In this document: in pieces, positions 1 to 8,814 of the stretch | Numbering within the stretch: the stretch's first letter is position 1 | Layout: every line of letters starts with the position of its first letter | Assembly (NCBI GenBank): GCA_052387675.1 | Contig: JBQTIY010000001.1 | Coordinates: 93,480-157,479 of the forward strand | Direction of reading: 5' to 3' | Length of the DNA: 64,000 bases | From: Planctomycetota bacterium | Lineage (GTDB): Bacteria; Planctomycetota; B15-G4 | Notes under the pieces: model-generated | The model's database searches: none | What the model saw: only the letters and a program-made list of their open reading frames with translations | What the model was told of the DNA's origin: nothing | Program-made: the position numbers and the translations under genes

Positions 1-441
1 TGAAGAGCCCAGCGAGCGGCGCTCGTGCCAACCCAGCCCCCAGGTGAGCCGCGCCCCGAGCCCGATCGGCAGCGCGTGCGTGAGCCGGACCTTGGCATGC
101 ACGCCATAGCCGGCGTGCAGCTCCACCGAGAGCACATCGGCCAGATCGAGCAGCCGGTCGGGCAGGAACTGCAGCACAGCCTGCTGCGTGGTGCGCGTCG
201 CCGGCAGGCGCTGGACCGTGAGCACGTTGCCCAGCTCCGCCAAGCCCGCCGCCTGCGGATCAACCGCCTGCGCTGCGCGGGCAAGCTGTCCGGCTTCGGC
301 ATCACGACCCGCCGCTGTCAGCTCACGCGCCCGAGTCAGAGCCTCGGCCACCAGAGCCTCGCTCTCGGCACTGCTGCCCGTGACGGCGCAGCCGCCCAGC
401 GACAGCGCCGCCAGCAGCAGTTCGGCGAAGCCGACTTTCAC
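1..441 (-). CDS. lipoprotein, partial (3' end lies beyond left window edge); paralog of the 438..1355 product
   Basis: Absent from the ORF track because it runs off the edge. My translation from GTG 441..439 gives VKVGFAELLLAALSLGGCAVTG (lipobox), then LQFLPDRLLDLADVLSVELHAGYGVHAKVRLTH...GLGWHERRSLG. This is colinear with WYLPDRVLDILDVFSFDVHFGLGAFVNVHLTR...GIGWHRHRSLG of the upstream gene. GTGA start/stop overlap at 438..441. Confidence 0.55.
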   Translation of the reverse strand, partial: MKVGFAELLLAALSLGGCAVTGSSAESEALVAEALTRARELTAAGRDAEAGQLARAAQAVDPQAAGLAELGNVLTVQRLPATRTTQQAVLQFLPDRLLDLADVLSVELHAGYGVHAKVRLTHALPIGLGARLTWGLGWHERRSLGSS

Positions 442-1355
442 TCGCCGGGCGGCCGTCCCCGCGCCACCCAGTTCGTGTAGCGAGCACGGTCCTCCTCAAC
501 AGCCCAGAACTCGCGCAGCTCACGCACAAGCAGCCTGTCGGAGGAGTTCAGGTTGAGGCCGCGAGTGTGTGCGAAGTCGTCATTGAGGAAGTCCACGGCT
601 GCAAAGCCCACCAATGCGTCGGCGAGCTGCACCGGGTGGAAATCGAAGTCCACGCCGACAATTGCTGCCGTGACCGCCGCTCCGATGGCCCAGTAGTCGC
701 GATATTCCTGGTAAAACTCCGCCGACGGGCGATGCATGCCGGCCAGGCTGTCGGAGCCGACGATGATGCCCGAGGTGCCGATGATCGAGCCGCCGTAGGC
801 CTGCGTTCCGGCCACGGGGAAGACGATGCCGGCTTCAGCCTGGGCCATCAGACCCAGTGAGCGATGCCGGTGCCAGCCGATGCCGCCCACTGAACGGAAG
901 CCGGCGCCGCCCTGGAAGAAGCGCGTGAGGTGGACGTTGACGAAGGCGCCGAGTCCGAAGTGCACATCGAAGGAGAAGACGTCGAGGATGTCGAGCACCC
1001 TGTCGGGCAGGTACCAGAGCACTTTGCTGATGAACCAGCGGTCGGCCTGAGGACGCTGACGAAAGTTGCTGCCCAGCATCGGCCGCTCGAAGAGATCCTC
1101 GTGGGCGGGACCAAGCTTGGCGCGCAAATCCGCGACGCCCGGGTGCTGCGGGTCCAGCGCATCGACGGCGCGATAGAGCTGCCACGCCTCTGGCATCTGG
1201 CCGCTTTGCTCGGACAGCACTTTGGAGCGGCGCACCGCGTTGTCCATGCGCGACTCAATGTCCTCGCAGCTCTTTGGCGGAGCACTGCAGCCGATCGCCG
1301 CGATCCAAACCAGGGCCGTTGCCAGCACGACGCGCAAGACTCGCTGCCCACTCAT
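438..1355 (-). CDS. lipoprotein, unknown function (Gly-rich C-terminal half)
   Basis: ORF track gives 438..1373 (TTG). Trimmed to ATG 1355, which has GGGAGG about 10 nt upstream. MSGQRVLRVVLATALVWIAAIGCS is a signal peptide plus lipobox. No family recognised. Confidence 0.6.
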   Translation of the reverse strand: MSGQRVLRVVLATALVWIAAIGCSAPPKSCEDIESRMDNAVRRSKVLSEQSGQMPEAWQLYRAVDALDPQHPGVADLRAKLGPAHEDLFERPMLGSNFRQRPQADRWFISKVLWYLPDRVLDILDVFSFDVHFGLGAFVNVHLTRFFQGGAGFRSVGGIGWHRHRSLGLMAQAEAGIVFPVAGTQAYGGSIIGTSGIIVGSDSLAGMHRPSAEFYQEYRDYWAIGAAVTAAIVGVDFDFHPVQLADALVGFAAVDFLNDDFAHTRGLNLNSSDRLLVRELREFWAVEEDRARYTNWVARGRPPGE

Positions 1356-1388
1356 CAAGCTCTCGCCTCCCAAGGGTTCGGAAAAAGG

Positions 1389-3938
1389 TCAGTTGTGTTC
1401 GAAAGGCAGCCAGGCTCCCCAGATCTGCGGATGTGAGGCGGCCAATTCGCCCGCCGACTCCACGGCATCTAGGTAGTCGCGCTGCACCAGGGCCAGCGCT
1501 TCCGCCAAACCTGGCCCCCGCGCCCGAGCCGCGAGGAGTCGCGCCACCATCGCATCCCGCATGGGTGGGGACAACGGCCAGCGCGTCAACAGCAGATCTT
1601 CCGCTCTGGAAAGCACCGTCGTGGCCACATCGACCGCCCCGCCTTCGGTGAAGCGCGGGTCGAAGCGGACGCCATCCAGAATCACAGCCGGGGGCAGGTC
1701 GAGCTGATGCAGCCGGTGAAAGGGCAAAAGGCCGGCGGCTTCGTCGCTCTCGGTGGCCAGCCCGGTGGCGGTGAAGAGCAGGCCGCCCAAGCGACCGAGG
1801 GCGGCGCCGGGCAGAGTGAGGCGCACGCCCGCCAAGCCCGGAACACGGCCGCGCAGCGCCGCGACGGTGGCCTCGGCCCCCATGATCGTGGGCCCATCGA
1901 CCGCGCTGGGCGGAGTTCCGGTCTCACGGCTGCGCACAATGCCTAGGCCGTAGACCTCGAGCCAGGCTTGGCCGGCCAGCGGAACTCGCTCGGCATCGAG
2001 CTCCGGACGGGCGAAGCAGGTCCATCCGGCACGCTGGCTGGCCTTTGAGGCGCGAGGGGCCAGGGCATGCGGCTGCAGCGACACGACGTGACTGCGCACG
2101 AGCCAGGTCGGCGCACTCTGGGCGCTGTCCTCCGCTGCGATCCACAGGGCGGGCGGCACGCCCAGCAATTCCGGGGGCATGAGCACGGTCCAACGCGGCA
2201 GGGGCAGAAGTTCCTGCCGAGCTGCGCTGGGCAGAAGCGCCGCCGTGAACTCGCGTGAAGCCGCGGCGATCGCCTGGATGTCCGGCTGATGGAGGCTCTC
2301 CACGACGATGGCGCCACGCCCCACCAGCGCTCTGAGTCCAGGCGCCGCAAAGCTCGACGCCGGGTGGCCGGGGCGGCAAGACAGCAAGTAACTCGAAGCG
2401 ACGCCAGGCAGCAGTGCGACGACCGCCTGGTCGGGCGCCAGTTCCCCGCGCACCCAGCGCGCGATCTGGGCCGCTTCAGCGTCCAGTTGCTCCGGCGGAA
2501 CGCCTAGGCCGAGCACGCGCTCCCGCTGCTCGATGCACTGCCAGCGCAACGCCTGTTCCATGGCCTCCGCGAGCAGCGCCTCCGCTGCGGCGGGCGACTG
2601 CTTTTCCGCCAGCCGGCCCGCGTCCACGAGCCCCGCCTCGAGTGCCAGCCAGGGCAGACGCGGCAAGGCCATGGAGAAGGCCTCCTGCAAACTGCGCCAA
2701 GAGCGGTCGGCCGGATCGTAGGACTCGACGCGCAATCCGCGCACTGACTCGGCAATGAGCGGACCGGCAGACGGCACGATGGTGAACGCCCAGGCTCGCA
2801 GCGCCTCGCGGGCCAGGCACGGTCTCGCCGCCTCAAGCGTGAGGAGCGCCTCGTTGGCGCGCCCGCCCAGCGTTTGAGCCGCCGCCACAAGCAAGGCGGC
2901 GTCGCCGGCTTCGCGCGTGCCGCTCACCAGGGCCTGCGCGCGCAGCAGCACTTCGATCGCCAACTCCGGGTTGCCCTCGGCCAGCGCAAGTCGGCCGCGC
3001 AGGGCCAGGAACGGAGCAACAGCCGGGTCGTCGCCGCCCGCATCGAGCAGGGGCTGCAGGCGCTCCGCGCAGGCCGGCAGATCCCCCATCTCCAGCAGCT
3101 GCTCGGCGTGCAGCAGGATCGCGCGATCTCGCAGGTTTCGCCGCTCGGGACCCTCCGCCTCGAAAGCCACGGCAGCGCGCAGTGCGATCTCGGCCGCTTG
3201 AGTGTGCAGGCCGAGCAGATCGAGGTGCGAGGCGCGATTGGCCAACGTGGCGGCCGTGGCCGGGAGCCGCGCCCAGAGCGCCTGCGCACCTTCGTCATCG
3301 CCCAGTGCGGCGCGTACGGAAGCCTGCACGCTCAGCAAGGCGTCGTGCCGGCGCTCGGCTTCGGGCAGGCCGGCATCCCGTTCCAGCGCCACGGCGATTC
3401 GATCGAGGCTGGCTGAGAGTTGGCCGAGGTCCAGCAGAGCCGTGGCGATCTGCTCGAGGCTGAGCACTTCGGTGCGCAAGTCATTCAGTGCGCGTGCCAC
3501 CGGCACGAGTTCCTCGAGACGCGCCACGGCCGCTTCTAGCCGCCCTTCGATGATCTCGACGCGCGCCAGATTGCCGAGCGCCAAGCCCTCGGTGCGCAAG
3601 TCTTGGTTCTGGCGTGCGTCCTCGAGGACAGGCAGCAGGAGTTCCTTCGCTTCACGCGTGCGGCCGGCCATCTTGAGACACACCGCCGATTGGGCGCGCA
3701 GGCTGCGCGCCAAGTTCAGGTCTCCGGCGGCCTGGGCGGCCTCAGCGCCGCGCGCATAGGTCTCCGCCGAAGCGTCGTGGTCGCCGCGTTCGTACTGAGC
3801 CTCGGCCTCGCGCTGCAGCCGGCTCACCAGAGAATTCTCGGTGGCGGCGCTTGGATCTCGCGCGGCGTCGAGTTGCCACCAATACCAGGCGCCCGCACCG
3901 AGCAGTGCCACGAGCACCAGCACGAGCAGGCGCCTCAC
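1389..3938 (-). CDS. membrane-anchored TPR-repeat protein with C-terminal CHAT-like domain (catalytic dyad apparently not conserved)
   Basis: 849 aa. N-terminal TM helix (LLVLVLVALLGAGAWYWW) and long Ala/Leu-rich TPR-like repeats. The C-terminal ~250 aa is laid out like a CHAT domain (LPPAVILDGVRFD where CHAT has LS-AC-xT; ends SHPQIWGAWLPFEHN). 4-nt overlap with the rnd stop. Confidence 0.5.
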   Translation of the reverse strand: MRRLLVLVLVALLGAGAWYWWQLDAARDPSAATENSLVSRLQREAEAQYERGDHDASAETYARGAEAAQAAGDLNLARSLRAQSAVCLKMAGRTREAKELLLPVLEDARQNQDLRTEGLALGNLARVEIIEGRLEAAVARLEELVPVARALNDLRTEVLSLEQIATALLDLGQLSASLDRIAVALERDAGLPEAERRHDALLSVQASVRAALGDDEGAQALWARLPATAATLANRASHLDLLGLHTQAAEIALRAAVAFEAEGPERRNLRDRAILLHAEQLLEMGDLPACAERLQPLLDAGGDDPAVAPFLALRGRLALAEGNPELAIEVLLRAQALVSGTREAGDAALLVAAAQTLGGRANEALLTLEAARPCLAREALRAWAFTIVPSAGPLIAESVRGLRVESYDPADRSWRSLQEAFSMALPRLPWLALEAGLVDAGRLAEKQSPAAAEALLAEAMEQALRWQCIEQRERVLGLGVPPEQLDAEAAQIARWVRGELAPDQAVVALLPGVASSYLLSCRPGHPASSFAAPGLRALVGRGAIVVESLHQPDIQAIAAASREFTAALLPSAARQELLPLPRWTVLMPPELLGVPPALWIAAEDSAQSAPTWLVRSHVVSLQPHALAPRASKASQRAGWTCFARPELDAERVPLAGQAWLEVYGLGIVRSRETGTPPSAVDGPTIMGAEATVAALRGRVPGLAGVRLTLPGAALGRLGGLLFTATGLATESDEAAGLLPFHRLHQLDLPPAVILDGVRFDPRFTEGGAVDVATTVLSRAEDLLLTRWPLSPPMRDAMVARLLAARARGPGLAEALALVQRDYLDAVESAGELAASHPQIWGAWLPFEHN

Positions 3939-5122
3939 GTGCCGCTCGCGCCCTGTCGATCAGTGGGACTGGGTCCGTTCACGGCGCGCTGGGCACGTGG
4001 CGAGCGCAGGACGCCGAGCAATTCCACGCCGTATTCGCGCATGCGCCAGGGCTCCATGCCGTCCACAGCGGCCAGATCCGACTCACTCGATGGGCGCGCC
4101 CGCACGATCGCCGTCAGCAGAGCGTTCGTGGCGACGCGCGCCACATCCACGCCGCGCGCCTGCGCGCGCTTCTGGCGCCACGCCCGGAAGGCATCAAACA
4201 AGGCGAGTTCCTCGGGGCTCAGCGGCCCGCTGCCGATCCGGTCCGGTGGCGCGCGCCGCGGCAGCGGCAGGTCCGTGATGAGGGAGCCGCGCTGGATGGC
4301 GTCCAGGAGTTGTCGCGCTGCCGCAGCGCTCAGACTCCGGCTGATTCCGGGCAGCGAGCGCAGGCTCTCCTCATCAGCAGGCGGCCGCAGCGTGAGATCG
4401 ACCAGCACGCTCTCATGAAAGACGCGATAGGGCGCGCGGTCAGACTCACGCGCAATGGCATCGCGTGCGGCATACAGCTCGCGCAGGACGCCGCGCTTCT
4501 CCACCGGCACGGCGCGCGCTCCGCGCACGGCCACCCAACTCTCCGGGTCGAAAGTCTTGTCCTCAAGCCGGGCGCGTGAAATGCGCCGAAACTCGCTCTC
4601 GGCCTCTTCCACGCGGCCGAGTGCTTCCAGGTCAGCCAGCAGCCGCCGCCGCAACTCAAGCAGATGCCGCACATCCTGGCGGGCGTATTCGGCCTGCGGT
4701 TCGGGCAGCGGGCGCAGGCGCCAGTCGGCCTTCTGGAAACGCTTGCTCACCTGCAACTGGAAGTGCCGGTCGAGCAGTGCCGCCAGCCCGACGCCCTCGT
4801 GACCGAGCACCTGCGAAGCGGCCATGGTGTCGAAGACACTCTCGAAGCGCATACCCCACTTGCTGGTGAGCAGGCCGACGTCGTTTTCGCCGCCATGGAA
4901 GACCTTCACCAGTCCGGGCTGCAGAAAGAGCCGGGCCAGCCCCTGCCGGTCGAGATCGACCAGCGCATCGATGAGCGCCTCGCCGCCGTCCCAGCCGAGT
5001 TGCACCACGCACAGGCTCGTGCGGTAGGCATAGAGCGAGTCCATCTCGCAATCCACGGCCAGCGCGGGCTGCGTGGCCAGGTGCGCCACCAACTCGTCGA
5101 GAGCCTCCTGAGTTGCGATCAT
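3935..5122 (-). CDS. rnd: ribonuclease D (DEDDy 3'-5' exonuclease + HRDC)
   Basis: 395 aa. Exonuclease motifs AVDCEMDS, FHGGENDVGLL and YARQDVRHL, followed by an HRDC-like segment LYAARDAIARESDRAPYRVF. Confidence 0.85.
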   Translation of the reverse strand: MIATQEALDELVAHLATQPALAVDCEMDSLYAYRTSLCVVQLGWDGGEALIDALVDLDRQGLARLFLQPGLVKVFHGGENDVGLLTSKWGMRFESVFDTMAASQVLGHEGVGLAALLDRHFQLQVSKRFQKADWRLRPLPEPQAEYARQDVRHLLELRRRLLADLEALGRVEEAESEFRRISRARLEDKTFDPESWVAVRGARAVPVEKRGVLRELYAARDAIARESDRAPYRVFHESVLVDLTLRPPADEESLRSLPGISRSLSAAAARQLLDAIQRGSLITDLPLPRRAPPDRIGSGPLSPEELALFDAFRAWRQKRAQARGVDVARVATNALLTAIVRARPSSESDLAAVDGMEPWRMREYGVELLGVLRSPRAQRAVNGPSPTDRQGASGT

Positions 5123-5167
5123 GATCCCGCGATTCTAACCACACTTCGACCGGCTCGAGGATCATCC

Positions 5168-5848
5168 ATGAATGCGGCACGCTGGCAGCGGCAGGGACGG
5201 CAGAGCCCCGATGCGCCGGAGGCGCAGCGCGATGTCTGGGCGCTGCTCGGGCGGCTGCACGAACAGCTCGCGACCGCCCTCGCCGAACTGGCGCTGCGCA
5301 CGGCCGAGCCCACCTGGGCGGCCACGCTCGCCGAACACTCCGAGCGCGCGCGCGCACTGTCTCGGCAACTACTCGACGAGGCCGGTCCAGAGGCACTCGA
5401 GCGCCTGGCTCAGGACGAAGCGTGGCGCGAGTTCGATGCCTTGACCGGCGAAGTGCTCACCAGTGGCCACGTCCCCTCGCTCATCGTCGTGGGTTACGCC
5501 AACTTGGGCGAACTCGGCGTGCTGCCGGCGCGCTTGCTGGAAGACCTCGCGGGTGCACAGGCCCGCCTGCTCTACGGGCGGCTGGTCTCCGCGGAAGCCC
5601 ATCGCCCGCTGGCGCGGCTCTTCTCGGCGGCGGACCCTTCGGCCACTGAGCTCGAGACGCTGCGCCGGCTGGTGCGCCACGCCCACGGCCTGCTCTTCAC
5701 CGTCTACGCCACCTGGCGCCAGACATTCCACATACTGGGCGTGGATGGCGAAGTGCTTCAGGAGCAGGCAGCGGGCACGGCGCGCGCCGCCTCGCACGCG
5801 CTCAGCCTGCGCGTCACCACTGCCGACCTCGCGCCGTTTCGCGTCTGA
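5168..5848 (+). CDS. hypothetical helical protein
   Basis: ORF track 4664..5848 overlaps rnd antisense. Trimmed to in-frame ATG 5168 (MNAARWQRQ...), 46 nt from the divergent rnd start. No motif recognised. Confidence 0.4.
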   Translation: MNAARWQRQGRQSPDAPEAQRDVWALLGRLHEQLATALAELALRTAEPTWAATLAEHSERARALSRQLLDEAGPEALERLAQDEAWREFDALTGEVLTSGHVPSLIVVGYANLGELGVLPARLLEDLAGAQARLLYGRLVSAEAHRPLARLFSAADPSATELETLRRLVRHAHGLLFTVYATWRQTFHILGVDGEVLQEQAAGTARAASHALSLRVTTADLAPFRV

Positions 5849-5875
5849 CCGGCCGCGCCTGACCGCCGCGCGCTC

Positions 5876-7360
5876 TCAGCGCTTCCAGGCCAGCGGCAGG
5901 AGCAGCACCAGCACCGCGTGAAACTCAAGCCGGCCGAGCAGCATGCACGCCATGGCCACGAGCTTCGCCAGCGGCGCCACTTCGCTCCAGGTCACCGGAC
6001 TGCCCAGACCCACATGAGCATTGCCGTAGTTCGAGAGCGCCGAAAGGGCGGCGGACCAACTCGTCTCCAGCGAGCAGCCCAGCAGCAGCAGAGCCAGAGC
6101 CGCGACGAAGGCCACGGCCAAGTGCAACAGCAGCACGATGCCGCAGCCCAGCAAGACCTGCTCGGGCACGGGCCGGCCGCCGAGCTTGACCACGAAGACG
6201 GCCGCCGGGCGCAGCAGCCGGGCCGTTTCGCGGCGCGTGAAGCGCGCCATGAGCAGCATGCGCCCGACTTTGAAGCCGCCGCCCGTCGAGCCCGAGCAGG
6301 CGCCAATCACGAGCGCGACGAGCAGCAAGAGCCGCAGCACGGCCGAGCTCAGCAGCGGCCCAGTCGCGGAGAGTTGGGCATCTGGGACTCCCACGAGTCC
6401 CGCATTGACCAGCCCGGTTGTGGACAGCGTGGAGGCGGCGGTGAGCACCGCGTCGCGCAGACGCGGCTCAAGAGGCGCTCCCCGGGGCGTGGCGAGCAGG
6501 CAGCACGCGGCCAGCGCGACCAGCAGGATCAGATACGTGCGCGTCTCGGCCCCGCGCAGCACCAGACCGAGGCGGCCACTCAGCAGAGCGCGCAGCCCAA
6601 AGAGGCTGAGTCCGGCCAGCATCATGCCCGCCGCTGCGACCCAGCCCGTGGCGGCCGCAAACGACGCGAGGCCGTCGGCGCGCGTACCGAAGCCGCCGGT
6701 GGCCGACACGGACATGGCGTGGCAGGCCGCTTCGAAGACACTCATTCCCGTGAGGAAGAAGGCGCCCGCGAGTAAGACGGTGAAGAGCGCGTAGACAGGC
6801 CACAATCTGCGCACCACGCTCGCCAGCCGCAGCAACGGCCGCTCGCGGCCGAGCAACTCGGGCGTGTCACCAGGCACCAAGCTGCCGCCCGCGCCGAAGG
6901 CCGGCAGAAAAGCCAGCACCATGGCCAGCGTGGCGAGGCCCCCGCACCAATGCAGCATCGCGCGCCAGGCCAGCAGTGAACGAGGCAGCACTTGCGGATC
7001 GGTCAAGATCGTGGCGCCCGTCGTCGTGAGTCCGGACAGTGCCTCGAAGCCGGCATCGAGCGGCGAGGTGATCGCGCCGCTCAGCAGGAAAGGCAGCGCA
7101 CTCAACGCGGCGCCGCCGACCCAGCCCAAGCTCATCGTCGCGAGGGCCTCGCTCACTCCGAAGCCGAGCGGCTCCCAGGGGAAGGAGAGCCGCAAGGCCC
7201 AGCCCAGGCACAGGCTCACCGCTCCGGAAACCAGAAAGGCCTGCACATGCGGACCACCGAGGCCCTCGTCGAGCAGCGCGAGCGCGAGCGGCGCACCGAA
7301 CAAGAGCCCGAGCATCGAGAAGATCCGGCCGAGCGCGTGCAGCAGACTTTCGAGGTTCAT
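5876..7360 (-). CDS. trkH: Trk-type potassium uptake membrane subunit TrkH (copy 2)
   Basis: ORF 5876..7522 trimmed to ATG 7360 (MNLESLLHALGRIF), which forms an ATGA overlap with the upstream trkH stop. Multi-TM protein with TrkH-type segments LSGLTTTGATIL and STGGGFKVGR. Confidence 0.85.
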   Translation of the reverse strand: MNLESLLHALGRIFSMLGLLFGAPLALALLDEGLGGPHVQAFLVSGAVSLCLGWALRLSFPWEPLGFGVSEALATMSLGWVGGAALSALPFLLSGAITSPLDAGFEALSGLTTTGATILTDPQVLPRSLLAWRAMLHWCGGLATLAMVLAFLPAFGAGGSLVPGDTPELLGRERPLLRLASVVRRLWPVYALFTVLLAGAFFLTGMSVFEAACHAMSVSATGGFGTRADGLASFAAATGWVAAAGMMLAGLSLFGLRALLSGRLGLVLRGAETRTYLILLVALAACCLLATPRGAPLEPRLRDAVLTAASTLSTTGLVNAGLVGVPDAQLSATGPLLSSAVLRLLLLVALVIGACSGSTGGGFKVGRMLLMARFTRRETARLLRPAAVFVVKLGGRPVPEQVLLGCGIVLLLHLAVAFVAALALLLLGCSLETSWSAALSALSNYGNAHVGLGSPVTWSEVAPLAKLVAMACMLLGRLEFHAVLVLLLPLAWKR

Positions 7361-8814
7361 CGGCGCCAAGCCTGCGGCAAGAGCAGCACGAGCAGCGCGA
7401 AGTATTCGAGGCGCCCGAGCAGCATGGCGAGGCAAAGCAGGAGCTTGGCGGCATCGGGCAGCGGCGCGTAGGTGAGCGTGGGGCCGACGGCGTCCAGGCC
7501 CGGACCGACTCCGCCCAGGCACGAGGCCGTCGCGGAAAAGGCGGCTTCTTCACTGAGTCCCAGGCCGACGAGCGCCACCGAGAGGATCACGAAGACCGCC
7601 AGCGCCACGCCGAGGAAGGCAAAGCTCTTGAAGATCACCGTGCGCTCGATCGTGCGTCCCTCGGACTTGGCCACCACTACGGAACTGGGACGCAGGAGCT
7701 GCCGCTGCAGTTGTCCGCAGGCCTTGAACCAAAGCACCAAGCGGCTCGGCTTGAAGCCGCCCGCGGTCGAGCCCGAGCAGCCGCCCACCAGCATGAGCGC
7801 GATGAGCAGCAGATGCAGCGGCGGGGCCCAGGCGTTGAAGTCCACGGTGCTGAAGCCGGTCGTGCTGGCCACGCTCACGACGCTGAAGACCGTGCCACGC
7901 GCGAAGGCCTCCACGTCGGAGGGCACTCCCTCGCTGGCCAGCCGAACTGCGAGCGCGAGCGCCATCGCGCCGAACACCCAAGCCACATACACGCGCCATT
8001 CGGCGTTGTTCAGCAGGGTGCGGCCGCGGCCCCGGACCAGGGCGAGGAGCAGCAGGAAGTTCGTGGAGGCCACGAGCATGAGTACCGACGCCGTCCACTG
8101 AATGGCCGGCGAATACGAGTTGAAGGAGTCGGCTCGCGTGGAGTAGCCGCCCGTGCCGACGAGGGCGAAGCCATGGCAGAGCGCGTCGAAGGGCGTCATG
8201 CCGGCCAGCGCCAGCGCTCCCACGGTGACGACAGTCAGGCCGAGGTAGAGCATCCAGAGCATTTTCGAGACATCCGCGATGCGCGGCAGCAGCTTGCTCT
8301 TTTCCGGCCCGGAGGACTCGGCTTGAAAGAGGGCATTGCCTCCGGCACCCAAGGCCGGCAGCACGGCCACCGACAGCGCCACGATGCCGACACCGCCCAA
8401 GAGCACGAGCAGGGCACGCCAGAAGAGCAGCGGCCGGCCGAGCAGCGCCGGATCGGGCAGGATCGAAGCGCCGGTGGTGGTGGCCCCCGACACGGATTCG
8501 AAGAGCGCGTCCACGCCGCTCGGAATGCTGCCCGTGAGCACGAACGGCAGCGCACCGACCACGAAGAGCGTGAGCCATGCAGCCGTCACGGCGGCAAAGG
8601 CCTCGGGCAGTTCAAAGCGGGCTTGGTCGAAGCGGCACAACAGCAGCAGACTCAGCGCGACGATGGCCGTGCCCAGCGCAGTTGCTGCGAAGACCTGCGC
8701 GCTGTGGCTCGTCAGGGTTCCGTCGAACGCGCAGACCAACAGCGGCAGCAGGAGCAGTCCGGCGAGCATCAGGCCGAAACGCCCGATGAGGTTGCCGACG
8801 CAGCCCAGGTTCAC
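7357..8814 (-). CDS. trkH: Trk-type potassium uptake membrane subunit TrkH (copy 1)
   Basis: 485 aa, multi-TM. Contains SGATTTGASIL and GSTAGGFKPSRL. 4-nt overlap with the trkA stop. Confidence 0.85.
   Translation of the reverse strand: MNLGCVGNLIGRFGLMLAGLLLLPLLVCAFDGTLTSHSAQVFAATALGTAIVALSLLLLCRFDQARFELPEAFAAVTAAWLTLFVVGALPFVLTGSIPSGVDALFESVSGATTTGASILPDPALLGRPLLFWRALLVLLGGVGIVALSVAVLPALGAGGNALFQAESSGPEKSKLLPRIADVSKMLWMLYLGLTVVTVGALALAGMTPFDALCHGFALVGTGGYSTRADSFNSYSPAIQWTASVLMLVASTNFLLLLALVRGRGRTLLNNAEWRVYVAWVFGAMALALAVRLASEGVPSDVEAFARGTVFSVVSVASTTGFSTVDFNAWAPPLHLLLIALMLVGGCSGSTAGGFKPSRLVLWFKACGQLQRQLLRPSSVVVAKSEGRTIERTVIFKSFAFLGVALAVFVILSVALVGLGLSEEAAFSATASCLGGVGPGLDAVGPTLTYAPLPDAAKLLLCLAMLLGRLEYFALLVLLLPQAWRR

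Noticed and set aside
4664-5167. N-terminal 168 codons of ORF 4664..5848
   Set aside because: This portion lies antisense within rnd. The ORF was trimmed to the first ATG after the rnd start. Similar 5' extensions were trimmed for ORFs 5876..7522, 15455..16642, 16221..17126, 31309..32730, 34185..35462 and 40615..43584.
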